Source of the DNA: Strigamia acuminata
Lineage: Eukaryota
DNA length: 64,000 nt
Assembly (NCBI GenBank): GCA_949358305.1
Contig: OX442314.1
Coordinates: 27,156,001-27,220,000 of the forward strand
Direction: 5' to 3'
Within the stretch, counting starts at the first letter, position 1. Every line of letters begins with the position of its first letter. The notes below the pieces were generated by a model. The model saw nothing but the letters and a program-made list of their open reading frames with translations. It did not search any database and had not been told where the DNA came from. Shown piece by piece: positions 1-11,887 of the stretch. The position numbers and the translations under genes are program-made.

Positions 1-216
1 TTCTTCCGCCTCAGCCTCAGCGTTTGCGGTAATTACCTGCAAAGCGTTGTTGGCCCTGTCTTGAATTTGGGCGTTAGCTATGTCACTACCCATTTCTTTG
101 ACTGGTGGCGGCTTATCGAACCCTTTGTTAAACCCCTTTTTCTTCATGAATGGCGCAGACGGTCGAGAAATTATTTCTTCGCCGCCTGCGCTGACTCGTT
201 TTTTGACTCGTTTTTT
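1..216 (-). CDS. pol: Start of pol in the -1 frame relative to gag (partial)
   Basis: Frame is stop-free from the A_AAA_AAC sites (216-210, 204-198) to base 1 (..EEIISRPSAPFMKKKGFNK..). No Pol motif is visible yet; assigned by position. Confidence 0.65.
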
Positions 217-3200
217 GCCATGGCGAGTTTAATCTCTGCCATCTGCTTCATTATCGCGTCAAACTTAGCGTCTTCTTTCGCTGTTCTTGGGCACTCATTG
301 GAGTAGTGGCCCGGTTGGTTACACTTGAAACAGCGAATATTTGATTTGTCTCTTGGGGCTTCAGTCGATTTTTTCTTTTCAGGGTCTGCTTTCGACGGTG
401 GCGTGTAATTCTTTCGAAAATACTTCGGAATTCGGCCGGCATTTGGTTTTAACCTGGCGCGAAATTCTTCTACCGCTCTATCTCGATGGATGAGATGTAC
501 TAGCGGTCCTTCCTCATCGCAACCCGTTGATAAGGTATCGCGATAGCTTCGTATTTCTTCGTCCGTCGAATAATCGTCTTTTTCTTCTTTTTCGTCTGAT
601 TTTCCGGCATCTTGTCCGGCTTCCTCCCCCTCCTTGACCTCCTCCAGTGTCGCTTGCATGGCTGACGCTGTCGGTGCCTTTTTAGGGGCGGCCAAAGGGT
701 TGGAAGGCAGCGTGGATGTCAGTTTATTTTTTATTTGTAAACCAACGCTAGCTTCTGCCAGCTCCATTATACCGCTAAGATATTCAGTAGGGCGCATAAT
801 TTTATCTGTCGCCCCATATCTTTCCGCACTCAACTTGAGACGTTTAGCGGTTGCTGCTTTCTCCGCTTCTGGTAAAGCGGAATAATATCTTTTCTCGATA
901 TCTATCGTGTTCTCAAACAGGAAGGCGCTCATCTCCTCGTAGCTGCCTCCTGTCGGTGCCCTTTCTTCAAGTAGCACCCGTTGCGAGTATTCCGACAAAC
1001 CGCCGAGAAAGAAAAGGTTGAATCCCGTGGCATGAAATTCCATCGGGGCCTTTTCGAACAACAATCTGGCGCGAATGTCGTAATCCATTATGGTTTCACC
1101 AGGCATCTGGCGAAGACCTCGCATCTTTCGGCTCACCTCTTCGGGTGTCTCGCCGTAGCGCAGGTCGAATCTCATTAAAAAGTCGTCCCAATTGACGCCT
1201 TTCAATCCTTGGTACCACTCACGTGCCGAGCCTGTCATTAGCTCGACAATACCGTGGGTGAGCATGTCTCCTACGGTGGCTTTAGTGGCAGTCTTAATTC
1301 GAATTACTTCGTCAAGGAAGCGATCTCCCGCTTTCCATGACCCGTCGAAACGGTTCTGAATATAAAATTGCCACCTAATATTCCCGGTAACACTCATGGT
1401 GTCACGTCGGGAGACAGCGTATTTTTTCTTTACGCGGTCACCAGTGCTACGATTACGATCGTTTCGTTTGCTCGGATCAATTCCCTCGGCTTTTAACGAG
1501 CCGAGTAGGGCTCTTCCAAGCTCTCCCATCGTATACTGCCGACCCGTCGAATCGGTAAACGCGCTTTGTCGGGGAAGGTCCTGAAACTCCTCCCGTCGGT
1601 GGTCGCTATTTTCCGATCGACGTCGTTTCTCTCTATCGCGCGGAGAGTTGGATCTCTTCCGGCGATTACTTGATTTTTCCTTTCGTCTGTCGTCGTTGGA
1701 TGAGGGGTCGGAGCTGGGGTCGGGAGACGGTGAGCGGCGTGGCGGGTTGCGCCGTGAAGAGTTTGACTCTTTCCGGCCCCTACGACGGTCGTCACGTTCC
1801 CTTTCTCTGCGTTCATCGCGTTCTCTTTCCCTTCGTCTTTCTCCGGAACCTCTCTCCGAATCGTGATGACTGGGTGCATTTGACTCCAGTCCATCTGACG
1901 ACGAATCACTATTTCCGTAGTGAAAATATTTCGGTCTTTCATCGCGTTTGCCTTCTTCTCGCGAAGAGGTGCGATCATGCGATTGTCTCCTTGACGACTC
2001 GTCGTCTTTAAGGATGGGCACTGGTTGTTGCCACTCAGTCCCTTGTGGATTATCATGCTGTTGGCTTGTGAGAGCTTGCTCTTCATTTCGCCTAGCATTA
2101 TTAGCGTTGATTAATCGCGTTATCGCATTATTTGTGGCTGAATCGAGAGCTTGCATGCGGGGCCGAGTTTGTTGTTCTCTGGCCGACGCATCTCTCTTGC
2201 GCGGAGTAGCTGGTGTTGCTCTCTCCGGCTGGGGTTTGGGTTTGGCCTTCGGCGTGCGCTTTGGGTCTCCCTCTAGGCTCTCGTCGGACAGCTCGGATGA
2301 ACTGACCTCTGGTTTGCGGACGGATTTCGGGTCATCTCGTCGCAATCTGGCCATAAATGCTCGCTCTGCTTCTTGTTGCGAGTGGAAAGCATATCGATGT
2401 GCTCTCAGGGCTCGGTCAACTATTTCTACCTCCTCGGGAGTAGTCGGATTGGGCTGGGTTCTGCCGTACTCGAGAGCTTGCGCTTCTCTTTCCGCCAGCT
2501 TCCTCCGTCTCTCGCGAATGGCTTGTCGAGCCTCATTCTCTGCATCCGCTTCAAATTGAGCGGAATCAACCAATTGTTGAGCGTGTGCACCTTCAACAAT
2601 GGTGATTTGTGGGGATACACTGTGCGCTTTTAAAGCTGCACGTACGATTTGTAACGTTTCGTACACGGTAATCTTCCCCGTCGGAAGGGTGTATCTCACT
2701 CCCTCCGCTTGTGCCAACTGCATCGCATCAATCAAGGTGCCCGAGACGCTGTAAGGCTGGCTTGAAACACGCTTGACAGAGGACGAGTTGGACTTGTGTC
2801 CTTCGGACCTGACCGAAGCTGGGCGGCTTTGCGTAATTGGCGTGTTTAGTGCCGAATTAGCGGTCGTATTTGAGGCCGTCTTTTGTATCGGAGACGCTGC
2901 TTTCGGACTGCCCACCTCGGTGTCGTGCGTTAGACGAGGCGATTGGTTACGGGATAAAACCTCGTTTCCGCTCGTCTCGCCGTCACGGTTAGAACGCGGC
3001 AGTTTGGAGTGAGATTGCTCTTCACCCCGCTCTGTCTCGTCCAATCGCTGCCTCGTCTCGGTGCGAGACGGGTGCGATGCCTCGGATGCGCTTCTACGAT
3101 CGGGTTTAGGCTTACGCCGTTTTTGCCTCGCTTCGTGCGCTGAGGCTTTGGGTAAGGGACCTCCAGATCGCAAGTGATAGTCGGCGCCTTTACGACTGCC

Positions 3201-3254
3201 GGCTCTCTTGTTTGCGTCGGAGTCGGAATCTGTTACTCGGGTATTATCTGCCAT
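171..3254 (-). CDS. gag: Gag polyprotein: long disordered R/S/E-rich N-terminus, retrotransposon capsid domain, CX2CX4HX4C zinc knuckle
   Basis: First ATG at 3254 (MADNTRV). Capsid-like FDGSWKAGDRFLDEV...LMTGSAREWY...LRQMPGETIMDY; knuckle CFKCNQPGHYSNEC. Confidence 0.9.
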   Translation of the reverse strand: MADNTRVTDSDSDANKRAGSRKGADYHLRSGGPLPKASAHEARQKRRKPKPDRRSASEASHPSRTETRQRLDETERGEEQSHSKLPRSNRDGETSGNEVLSRNQSPRLTHDTEVGSPKAASPIQKTASNTTANSALNTPITQSRPASVRSEGHKSNSSSVKRVSSQPYSVSGTLIDAMQLAQAEGVRYTLPTGKITVYETLQIVRAALKAHSVSPQITIVEGAHAQQLVDSAQFEADAENEARQAIRERRRKLAEREAQALEYGRTQPNPTTPEEVEIVDRALRAHRYAFHSQQEAERAFMARLRRDDPKSVRKPEVSSSELSDESLEGDPKRTPKAKPKPQPERATPATPRKRDASAREQQTRPRMQALDSATNNAITRLINANNARRNEEQALTSQQHDNPQGTEWQQPVPILKDDESSRRQSHDRTSSREEGKRDERPKYFHYGNSDSSSDGLESNAPSHHDSERGSGERRRERERDERRERERDDRRRGRKESNSSRRNPPRRSPSPDPSSDPSSNDDRRKEKSSNRRKRSNSPRDREKRRRSENSDHRREEFQDLPRQSAFTDSTGRQYTMGELGRALLGSLKAEGIDPSKRNDRNRSTGDRVKKKYAVSRRDTMSVTGNIRWQFYIQNRFDGSWKAGDRFLDEVIRIKTATKATVGDMLTHGIVELMTGSAREWYQGLKGVNWDDFLMRFDLRYGETPEEVSRKMRGLRQMPGETIMDYDIRARLLFEKAPMEFHATGFNLFFLGGLSEYSQRVLLEERAPTGGSYEEMSAFLFENTIDIEKRYYSALPEAEKAATAKRLKLSAERYGATDKIMRPTEYLSGIMELAEASVGLQIKNKLTSTLPSNPLAAPKKAPTASAMQATLEEVKEGEEAGQDAGKSDEKEEKDDYSTDEEIRSYRDTLSTGCDEEGPLVHLIHRDRAVEEFRARLKPNAGRIPKYFRKNYTPPSKADPEKKKSTEAPRDKSNIRCFKCNQPGHYSNECPRTAKEDAKFDAIMKQMAEIKLAMAKNESKNESAQAAKK

Positions 3255-3306
3255 TTCTTGCTTTGGGTATGATGTAATCACAGGTTAGAATCAGTTATTC
3301 GACTTG

Positions 3307-3324
3307 ATCCCGGACAGGCCCCCA
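3307..3324 (-). other. Primer binding site, tRNA-Pro type
   Basis: TGGGGGCCTGTCCGGGAT, 2 nt inside the LTR end; close to the complement of the tRNA-Pro 3' end (TGGGGGCTCGTCCGGGAT). Confidence 0.85.
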
Positions 3325-3326
3325 CG

Positions 3327-4342
3327 TGTCGCGCTCAACTCTAACCGTCGCTAACTCGTGGGTTGATTACTTAATTCGACTAACTCACTACCGCTTTGCT
3401 CAAGCGGTTTACCCAAAGAAATGATTACACAGATATAAAAGGTAAAATATAATATAGATTTATTCTGTGGGACAATGTACAGATATATCTTATATATATA
3501 TATATATAAAAGGTAGGTAAAAGGTAAATCGGAATGGGTGAAGGGAAATGGAAAGGTAAAGGTATGATGAAAGCTGGCTGGAATCGGCGAGGTCGTCTGT
3601 TGTCTCGGTCGTGTCCAAGATGGCGTCCTCGTTGTGGCAACGTGGTGTCGTCTTGGGCCGGCGTGGCAATATGGCGTCCTCGGCTCGTCTCTGGCTGGTC
3701 CTTCGGGCTCACGCTGGTCGGGCGCGAGTGAATGCTTAGTTAAAAGGCTTACTTCGGGCTGTTGTCTAGGTTTTTGTGTGGTGTCCGGCGATCACACAGC
3801 GGCGGACTCTTCTGGCTCCCGGCGGTCACACAGCGGCGGGAACGCTCGTCGTGGTTTTACTGCAGTTTAGGCTTGTGCGACCGTTTGTCTGCACAACTCG
3901 CTAAACTGGAGTGGTTTTTACTATTTCTAGCTGGTGTGCTAAAATAGTGTGGTAATCTTATCTCGCAGGTTACTCTGCGGAGTTTGACACTGACCAAACG
4001 TACTCACGGTAAATTGTCCTTTGTCCTTGGTCAATCCCAGTATATTTACTTGGGCCTGATCTTGTAGGACGACGGGTTTACGTGTGTTTCTCGTTTGATG
4101 GTTGTGTTGGTTCTGCCCGCTCAGTGCAAGGCACATTCCTTTGCACAAAGCGGGGTCGACAGGTGACCGGAATCACCCAATGGTGGGGTGGACGAGCCAT
4201 CCCCACTCCCTCAGGGCAGACGCCTGTCCATTGACTAGATGTCAATGCACTGAGGGAAGGGAGACGCGCTTGCGGCTCCCCTTACACCCGAAACGAGGTC
4301 ACGAGAGAAACTCTTCGTTGACCCCGGTCCAGTCGGGTCACA
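3327..4342 (-). repeat. 5' LTR (~1016 bp) of the Gypsy element
   Basis: TG...CA termini. The inner end is fixed by the PBS; the outer end is inferred from TGTGACCC at 4342. The partner LTR is outside the window. Confidence 0.75.
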
Positions 4343-4872
4343 ACAAAGTAAATATCAGTATCAGAACAAAAACAAGAACAAGAGCGAGCTATATCCGTTT
4401 TGCAAGGGAATATATACTCGGTGAGGAGAATAGCTGTTCAGTGATCCAATGGGATCACTGGGCAGTCTAATTCATCCAATCCTAGATCATAGGAAGTGGA
4501 TACTCAGGACATAGTCTTCTACTAGGTCCACTACAGGAACTGGATACGCAGGACACATTTTGGATTAAGTCCTTTTGTCTATAATCCAAAAGGAGTCCAA
4601 CTCACAGTGGGTGATGAAGGGTGACTTCACCAGGTGTAAAGTTTGCACAATTCAATAGAATTATGTGACAAATAAATCAACTAGTATTTAAGCAGCCAAA
4701 AGTATTTAAAAGTGTCTGAAGTTATAGTGGAATAAAATATAAATAATAATTTATATTTTATTCACTCAAGAAATTGTTGAAATTTGAAATTACCGCTAAA
4801 ACGTATCAGCGCCATCTATTGGCGAAATAATCGTCCTAAACTAGTAAAGTGTATGACAGTGTAACCGTCACA
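4343..4872 (-). mobile_element. Part of another family's LTR, interrupted by the Gypsy insertion; related to the solo LTR at 47294-48540
   Basis: Begins TGTGACGGTTA like the solo LTR. Shares collinear blocks with it: GCCA.TAGATG.CG..GA.TACG...GCGGTAA, and GACTATGTCCTGAGTATCCACTTCC vs GACTGTGTCCCGGGTATCCACTTTC. Confidence 0.7.
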
Positions 4873-5290
4873 AAGCAACTAATCAAGTAATCATCCCAAA
4901 CCATGATTTCTTCTGACTTGGGCCGATTATAAGTGCTCTCTCGACTGTAACCAACATGGCGGCGCCAGACCCGCTTCAATTACACAAGGTGATTTAGAGA
5001 CCGGATATTTATGCAAAATACAATATGTTTTATGTGCATAAAATATGCACTAAAAATTCTATTTTATGCAAAATAAAAATAAAAATATGCAAAATAAAAT
5101 AATTTATACGATTGAAATCAGGTGTTAAATAACAACTTAATACCATTTCCAAGTGTTCATGATTCATTCTTTTCTATTTTTTTTATTTTTTTATTTGTTT
5201 ATTTTACACATTTAGTGACTTCCCCTGGTTTCTGTTTTTGGCAAAGTCCTCACTTCCGAACGCAAATCATACGTATCCAACGATACATGA

Positions 5291-5604
5291 TGTAAACCTT
5301 ATCATATTACTAATCAGTTGATTGTATTTGTTATGTAAACAGTTCTCTTATTCATTGCATCTCTTAGTTTGTTTATATAACTGTTTATTATCTTGATTGT
5401 GTATTTTCCCACCAGATGGCTTTATTACACTTTTAATGTATTTTTGCCACTAGATGGCACTTCTTTCTAAAGTGATTAAAAGAAGGCTTCTCCTTTGGTT
5501 TTTCTCCATGCAAGGAGCACATGTATTCAGGTCTGGTTATTCACTTATTTAATGTTGTTTCCTTTTCTACTTTAATAGTCCAAATACACTGCAACTAGCT
5601 AACA
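5291..5604 (+). repeat. Copia 5' LTR
   Basis: Direct repeat of 11888-12199; TGTAAA...TAACA. Confidence 0.97.
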
Positions 5605-5621
5605 TGGTTATGGGCCACAGG
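5605..5621 (+). other. PBS, copia-type (internal half of tRNAi-Met)
   Basis: TGGTTATGGGCCACAGG adjoins the LTR and resembles the GGTTATGGGCCCAG PBS of Drosophila copia. Confidence 0.8.
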
Positions 5622-6090
5622 AATGCCAATTTGGACTGTTTGCATGATTTGGAGAAGTAACATTACCTGGTTTTTCTGGAATCCAATATGGCGGCGCCCA
5701 TCTCAGATGTGTTTACCTGTACAGATTGATGTCTCCAAACTGTTTGTGGACCTGAAGGAGTTTGACAACACATCTGGAGCACTTGGTTGGATTATTTACG
5801 AGGTTTGCGGCATATTTTCGAATTGAAAACGTCGACGAGACGTTACGAATACGTGCGGAGCACGTTTTGATGATCCGAGCGGTGCACGCTTTGACGAACG
5901 GGCGGTGTACCTGTTTACTATCCGGACGGAGCACGTTTGCGGCAACGAACGAGACGAACTTTGACGAAACGTCGACGAAACGAAGTGTATGAAGATCAGG
6001 AACGTCCGTAACGCGTTTTTGTACCAGTGGACCTGTTTTGAGACCATTTCTGGACTATTTCAACCTGAAGACAGCCTGAAAATTGTTTAT

Positions 6091-6251
6091 GAATTGATTT
6101 ACTTGAAAAATTTATGTTTAATTCATGATTTACCTGAGAATTTGTGTACAATTCATGATTTACTTGAGAAATTGTGTTTAATTAATGATTTGCTTAAAAA
6201 TTTGTGTTTAATTAATGATTTGCTTGAAAATTTGTTTTTCATTTGTGATTT
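6091..6251 (+). repeat. ~30-bp tandem repeat (about 5 copies) in the long Copia 5' UTR
   Basis: ATT(C/A)ATGATTT(A/G)CTTGA(G/A)AA(T/A)TTGTGTTTA units. Confidence 0.8.
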
Positions 6252-9181
6252 ATTGCCTTTTTGAATTGGAATTTGAAATATTATGTGTTTGATCACAATT
6301 TGATGTCTTTTGAATTTGTTCCTAAGAATTTTTGATTTGAACTGTGTTCAATTGATGATTTGTTCAATTTTTGAATTTATTTTTGATCTGAATTGTGTTT
6401 GATTAATGATTTATCACTATTCTGAATTTGTTTTTGAGAACTTTGGTCTGAATTATGGAAAATTACTCTGTTTGATTGATTATCTGTTGTCATTTGAATT
6501 TATTAGTAAGAATTTCTCTATTTATTGTGAAAAATTGTGTGAAAAATTACGAATTTGCTGCGACAAATTCTTATTTAGCTTAGTGTTGTCTCAGAAATAC
6601 ACTAACTTAATTATTAAAAGCGAACTAACCCACAAGCATTGCACCTGGCTTGTGTGTAACAGTTATCCAATTTATTGTGTTGCGTTATTGTGTGCATCGA
6701 CTTGTGCATCAGTTTTTGTGCGACATTGAGTGCTATTTTGTGCCGAATTTACTTCCAACTGCTAAAATGGAAGAGGAGAAAGTTGGTGGACACAAAGTGA
6801 CTCTTCTCGGCAAAGACAATTATGCCACTTGGAAGGAGGAGATCATGGTCGCCCTAATGTATCAGGGTTGTTGGGGCTTTGTTGGTGGTACCGACATTCC
6901 ATTGGTCGATGCAACTGCAACTTGGCGAGAAAAACAAGACAACGCTTTCCGCAAGGACCGAGCTTATAGCATGATCTACTATGGAATAGAGAAGCAATAC
7001 CGGGAACTTTTAAGCAACACTCAGGATGCCAAGGAAGCTTGGAAAATCTTAAAGACTAATTTTGAACCAGTTTCCCGAGCCCGAGTGATGCAATTATTGG
7101 ACGAATTTTTTAGCTTACGCTATAATGCTGAAACAGAAAGCATTGGAGTCTTTGCTGCCAGAATACGCAAGACATCAAAGTTACTTGAGGGACTTAAACA
7201 TTCTGTTAATGACATTTACCAGTCTTTTCAACTGATTAGGTGTCTCCCACCTGAGTTTCAAACGATTGTACAGACAATCTATCGGTGGGAAGACAAGGAA
7301 TTTACACTGGATAAAGTGGAGAAAGAGCTGATTTCGGAAGAAGGTCGGATTGCACAGGTGAAGCGTGATGCCGGAGAGCAGCAAGTCCAAGGCGCTTTCG
7401 GCCTTGATTTAACAAAAGGCAAACCTGGCCATTATTCTGGAACTGATGGACAGCGGGGCGGCACGTATCGAGGACGCTCTCGTGGTAGCCGTGGTGGCCG
7501 TGGGCAACCTTCGACTCGGGGGCCGTGTCGTCGCTGTGGCCGCCAGGGACATTGGGCACGTGAATGCCACGCTAAGACCAAATTGAGCGAAGATGAAATA
7601 GAAATTGGCGAAAGTGATGAGAGTGACTTCACAGCGAAATTTAGAGAGTTGGGTTACCTGATGGAACTTTGTGATGCTGAAGCTGTGACTCCAGTAAAAC
7701 AGGATGTGGAGTGGGTTTACGATTCAGGAGCCACCAGCCCCTTTTGCAAGAATAAGGAATTCTTCATCCGATTTAAACCACTAGCGAATGGTAAAATAAT
7801 GCAAGCTGGAAAGTCTTCGACTATAGACATTGAAGGAATTGGAGATGTCTCGATCAACTGTGTTTTTGGGACGAGTGTCAAGCCTGTTACGTTGCGAAAT
7901 GTGTTTTATTTGCCGGATCTACGACGTAACATGATTTCTGCCTCTACGCTAGACGACCTCGGATGTAAAGCTAGCATTGGATCGGGCCGCGTTAGAATGT
8001 ATTGTGGCAAAGATTTTATACCAGTCATGGAAGCTGTCAAACACAAAAACTTATATTTTGTGAAAACGGACATTGGACGTCACCAAGTCCTAATTAAGGA
8101 AAACGCGGATGGATATCCTGGGAAATCCGCATTGACATCGGAACCGGACACTGTCCCCGATTTACGATTATGGCATGAAAGATTTGGACATATTCATTTG
8201 GAAAGTGTGCAGCAAACGGTTTGACATGGAGCCGTTAGAGGGCTAGAGGAACTTTCTGGAAAGTTGGACTATTGTGAAGTTTGTGATCTCGCAAAGAAAA
8301 AGTGCCTTTCTATCAAGCCGATCCCACAGATCAGGTCAACTAAAGTACTGGAACTCTTACACATGTATGTTTGTGGTCAACTTCTAACACGTTCATTATC
8401 CGGCTGCACCTACTTTCTTACAATTACCGATGATTACTCTCGCCATACTACGGTTTATCCAATGGAGAGAAAGGATCAAGTTTTTGGACTTTTCCAAGCA
8501 TATGTGACTCGAATTGAGCGAATTCTGGAGAAGAAAGTCATCACCATTCGAACGGACAATGGCATGGAATTTTGTTCGGGCAAATTCGCCACATACTTGG
8601 AAGGCATCGGTATTAAACATGAAAAGACAAACCCTTATATCCCTGAACAAAATAAAGTAGCCGAAAGGATTAACCAAACGTTAATGGATGGCGTGCGTGC
8701 TTTACTGAATGATGGGAATCTAGAGCATAGATTTTGGGCTGAAGCCCTAATGACGTTTAATTATCTCAGGAATAGGGTCATTAAGAATAAGACAAACAAA
8801 ACACCCTTGGAGCTTTTATATGGACGGAAACCAGCAGTAGGACATTTTCGAAAATTTGGTTCATTGTGTTATGTGCGGAACCCAGTCCGCGGCAAATTAG
8901 ATAACAAGTCACATCGAGGAATCATGCTAGGCTATCCCACTAGCACACGTGGCTACCGCATATGGGTTCCGGATTTATCGAAAGTAGTCCAGTCCAACGA
9001 CGTTAAATTCGTCGAAAGCAAGAAAGGGGTAGAACGCGAGCTGGGCCCTGGTTATGTCGTCATGCCAGATGACCCCACGCCGATGGCCGCAGAAACGGCA
9101 ACTCATTCTCCAAAGCAACCTGTCAAAGTCAATTCTGTGCCTCCACCAGCACCGGTACCAACAAAGATGCCATTGACATCT

Positions 9182-9356
9182 GCGCCTACAGCTTGTGTTT
9201 GGGAACAGCTAATTAAGCCACGAAAAGGAAGTCCACAAGTGGACTATGAGTATACAATCCAAGGACAACCCAAGCCAAAACTGCGTTCTATACCGGAAAT
9301 CGAGCGCTATTGTGCACAACATAATTTGGAATTCTCCCGAGATAAAGTGGAATTTG
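9182..9356 (+). other. Methyl-CpG-binding (MBD)-like domain between integrase and RT
   Basis: WEQLIKPRKGSPQVDYEYTIQGQPKPKLRSIPEIERYC matches the MBD pattern W-x6-RK..D-x-x-Y..K-L/F-RS-x-x-E-x-x-RY. Confidence 0.8.
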
Positions 9357-10115
9357 TTACTCGAACATTGCCTGACCCACCAGAAACTTCTAGATGAGAT
9401 AATCAGAATGATGTGGATAATCTTCAACTCAATGCACTGGAGTTTGAAAATGAGGAAGTTAACAACGTTGAAATCATCATATCACATACCTACAATGATA
9501 CCCAACGTTCTCCTCAGCGAGAACAGTGGCAGGAGGCAATGGACGACGAGATTGGAACGATGATCGATCGAGGGGTCTGGGAACTTGTCGAGCATCCAGC
9601 GAAAGAGAAACCCGTTACCTGTAGATGGGTTTATACCGTAAAACCTGGTATGAAATACAAGGCACGCCTGGTTGCACGCGGCTTTACCCAGATATATGGC
9701 GACTCCTACGATGAAGTCTTTTCGCCTGTCGTCAATTTCTCGATTGTTCGTTTTCTATTTACCCTCCTAGTTGGAATCTTAGGTTGGGCTCACGTCCAGA
9801 TAGATGTTAAGTGCGCATATTTATATGCAAATCTTCAAAATACAGTTTATATGACCCAACCACAGGGATATGTAAAGAAGGGACAAGAGCATCTAGTTTG
9901 TAGGCTGATTAAAGCCATCTATGGCTTACATCAATCAGGAAGAGAGTGGAATTCCGAATTAGATAAAGTTCTTCGCCAACTGGGATTTACCGGACTCGAT
10001 TGGTGTAACTGTGTTTATAAACTTGCTAATCATGTTATCCTCATCGTCTATGTCGACGACATGGTGGTTTTTGGTAGAACAATTCAACATGCCAACAATG
10101 CCATTGCTCTTATTC

Positions 10116-10941
10116 GGGGTTTCTTCATTTCGTCGCCCTTCATTTCGTCGCCGTGTCATTTCGTCGCCGTTTTTGGCGACGAAATGACACCCAAAACGTA
10201 AAAAGAGCGACGAAATGAAGGGCGACGAAATGATACGGTTGAACAACCAAAACAACCCAAACCGAACAGAAGGGCGACGAAATGACACGGCGACGAAATG
10301 AAGGGCGACGAAATGATACGCCTAAGTAACCGAAACATTTGCCACAATTTGGCTACAATTTTGTCACAATTTGGCCTCAATATTGCCACAATTTGGCTAC
10401 AATTTTGCCACAATTTGGCTACAATTTTGTCACAATTTGGCCTCAATGTTGCCACAATTTGGTCAGAATTTGGCCAGAATTTGGCCACAAGTTTGCCAGA
10501 ATTTGGCCACAAGTTTGCCAGAATTTGGCCACAAGTTTGCCAGAATTTGGCCACATCTTGTCCACAATTTGGCTACAATTTTGCCACAATTTGGCCTCAA
10601 TGTTGCCACAAGTTTGCCAGAATTTGGCCACATTTTGTCCACAAGTTGGCCAGAATTTGGCCACATTTTGTCCACAAGTTTGCCAGAATTTGGCCACAAG
10701 TTTGCCAGAATTTGGCCTCAAGTTTGCCAGAATTTGGCCACAAGTTAGCGAAATGCCACAACAATGACATGGCGACGAAATGATATGGCGACGAAATGAT
10801 AGGGCGACGAAATGAAAGGGCGACGAAATGATTTGTTGATGAAATAAGGGCGACGAAATGAAAAAAAAATTTTCAACACAGCCTTTATTAAAAAAAAGTA
10901 CGGGGGCGACGAAATGAATGGCGACGAAATGAATGGACTTC
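10116..10941. mobile_element. Mutator-like MITE with internal 11-bp minisatellite, inserted in Copia RT
   Basis: 9-bp TSD CTCTTATTC (10107-10115, 10942-10950), imperfect TIRs, many subterminal TCATTTCGTCGCC motifs, GCCACAATTTG/GCCAGAATTTG array at ~10338-10760. Removing it restores ..AL-IQGHF.. in frame. Confidence 0.92.
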
Positions 10942-11887
10942 CTCTTATTCAGGGGCATTTTGACTTGGTGATTCTCGGACAAACCAAAAAGCTACTTGGC
11001 ATAGAATTTGAGTATTATAAAAATAATCTCATTCAGATTCACCAACGGACTCTCATCTCTAGAACGCTTGAACGCTTTGAACACTTTGGAGTTACTCTTA
11101 GATCATCTCCAATTATCAAGGCGACAGTTTTATCGAAGAAAGATTGTCCGCAAACCCTCAAACAAGTGGAAGAAATGAGCCACCTCCCTTACCGTAGTTT
11201 ACTAGGATGTTTGGCCTCCATTGCTTCACGCACTCGACCAGACATCTCCTACGCGGTGAATGTGTTAAGCCAATTCCAGTCCAACCCAGGGCAAGCACAT
11301 TGGAGGGCCCTGCTGGATCTCTTAGGTTATGTAAAGTATAGCCGGCATTACAACTTGATCTTGGTCTGCGATAGAGAACCACAACTGAAAGCATTCGCTG
11401 ATGCGGACCATGCAAACAATCGTGACGACTGCGTCTCCATAGGCGGAACTGTAATCACTTTGGGAAATGCTGCTATCTCATGGAGAGCCTTCAAACAAAA
11501 AAGTGTGTCGCTCTCCACCATGGAATCTGAATATGTTGCTCTGGCTGAGACGGTTAAAGACTTTATCTGGCTGGAGCGTGTTCTTTGTGAAATCTTGCCA
11601 CCTGCCGATGGAATTAAACTTCATGCTGTATATTGTGACAACACTTCGTCTATAGACTTTTCGAAATCTGCTATCGAAAATCGACGTACTAAGCACATAG
11701 ACATCAAATACCACTTCGTCCGTGCATTAGTAAAAGATCATGGTCTTATTATCCGTTATGTTGATACCAATGACAATCCAGCGGATGTAATGACTAAAGC
11801 AGTGGATAAGACTACTTTACTTAAATTCTGTTCAAAGTTTATGTGTGTTTATTTTGATTAATGCTTAAGTAATATGAGGGGGCCGCT

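Larger units (their letters stand above)
1..4342 (-). mobile_element. Ty3/Gypsy LTR retrotransposon, 5' part (5' LTR, PBS, gag, start of pol); truncated by window start
   Basis: Minus-strand LTR TGTGACCC...GCGACA (4342-3327), then a tRNA-Pro-type PBS, a 1036-codon gag with a CCHC knuckle, and a -1 frame open from the gag end to position 1. Confidence 0.9.
6767..11861 (+). pseudogene. Copia gag-pol polyprotein, disrupted
   Basis: ORF pieces 6650-8224, 8264-9397 and 9413-10115 are in one frame, separated by TGA stops (8222-8224, 9395-9397). RT is split by a MITE at 10116-10941. Motifs: CRRCGRQGHWAREC, WVYDSGAT, WHERFGH, RTDNGMEF, KARLVARG, YVDD, FADAD, KHIDIKYHF. First integrase Asp appears replaced (HMYVCG). 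Confidence 0.95.

Noticed and set aside
10156..10982. Several overlapping repetitive ORFs (NLATSLPEFG..., PQVCQNLAT...)
   Set aside because: Translations of the 11-bp minisatellite inside the MITE.
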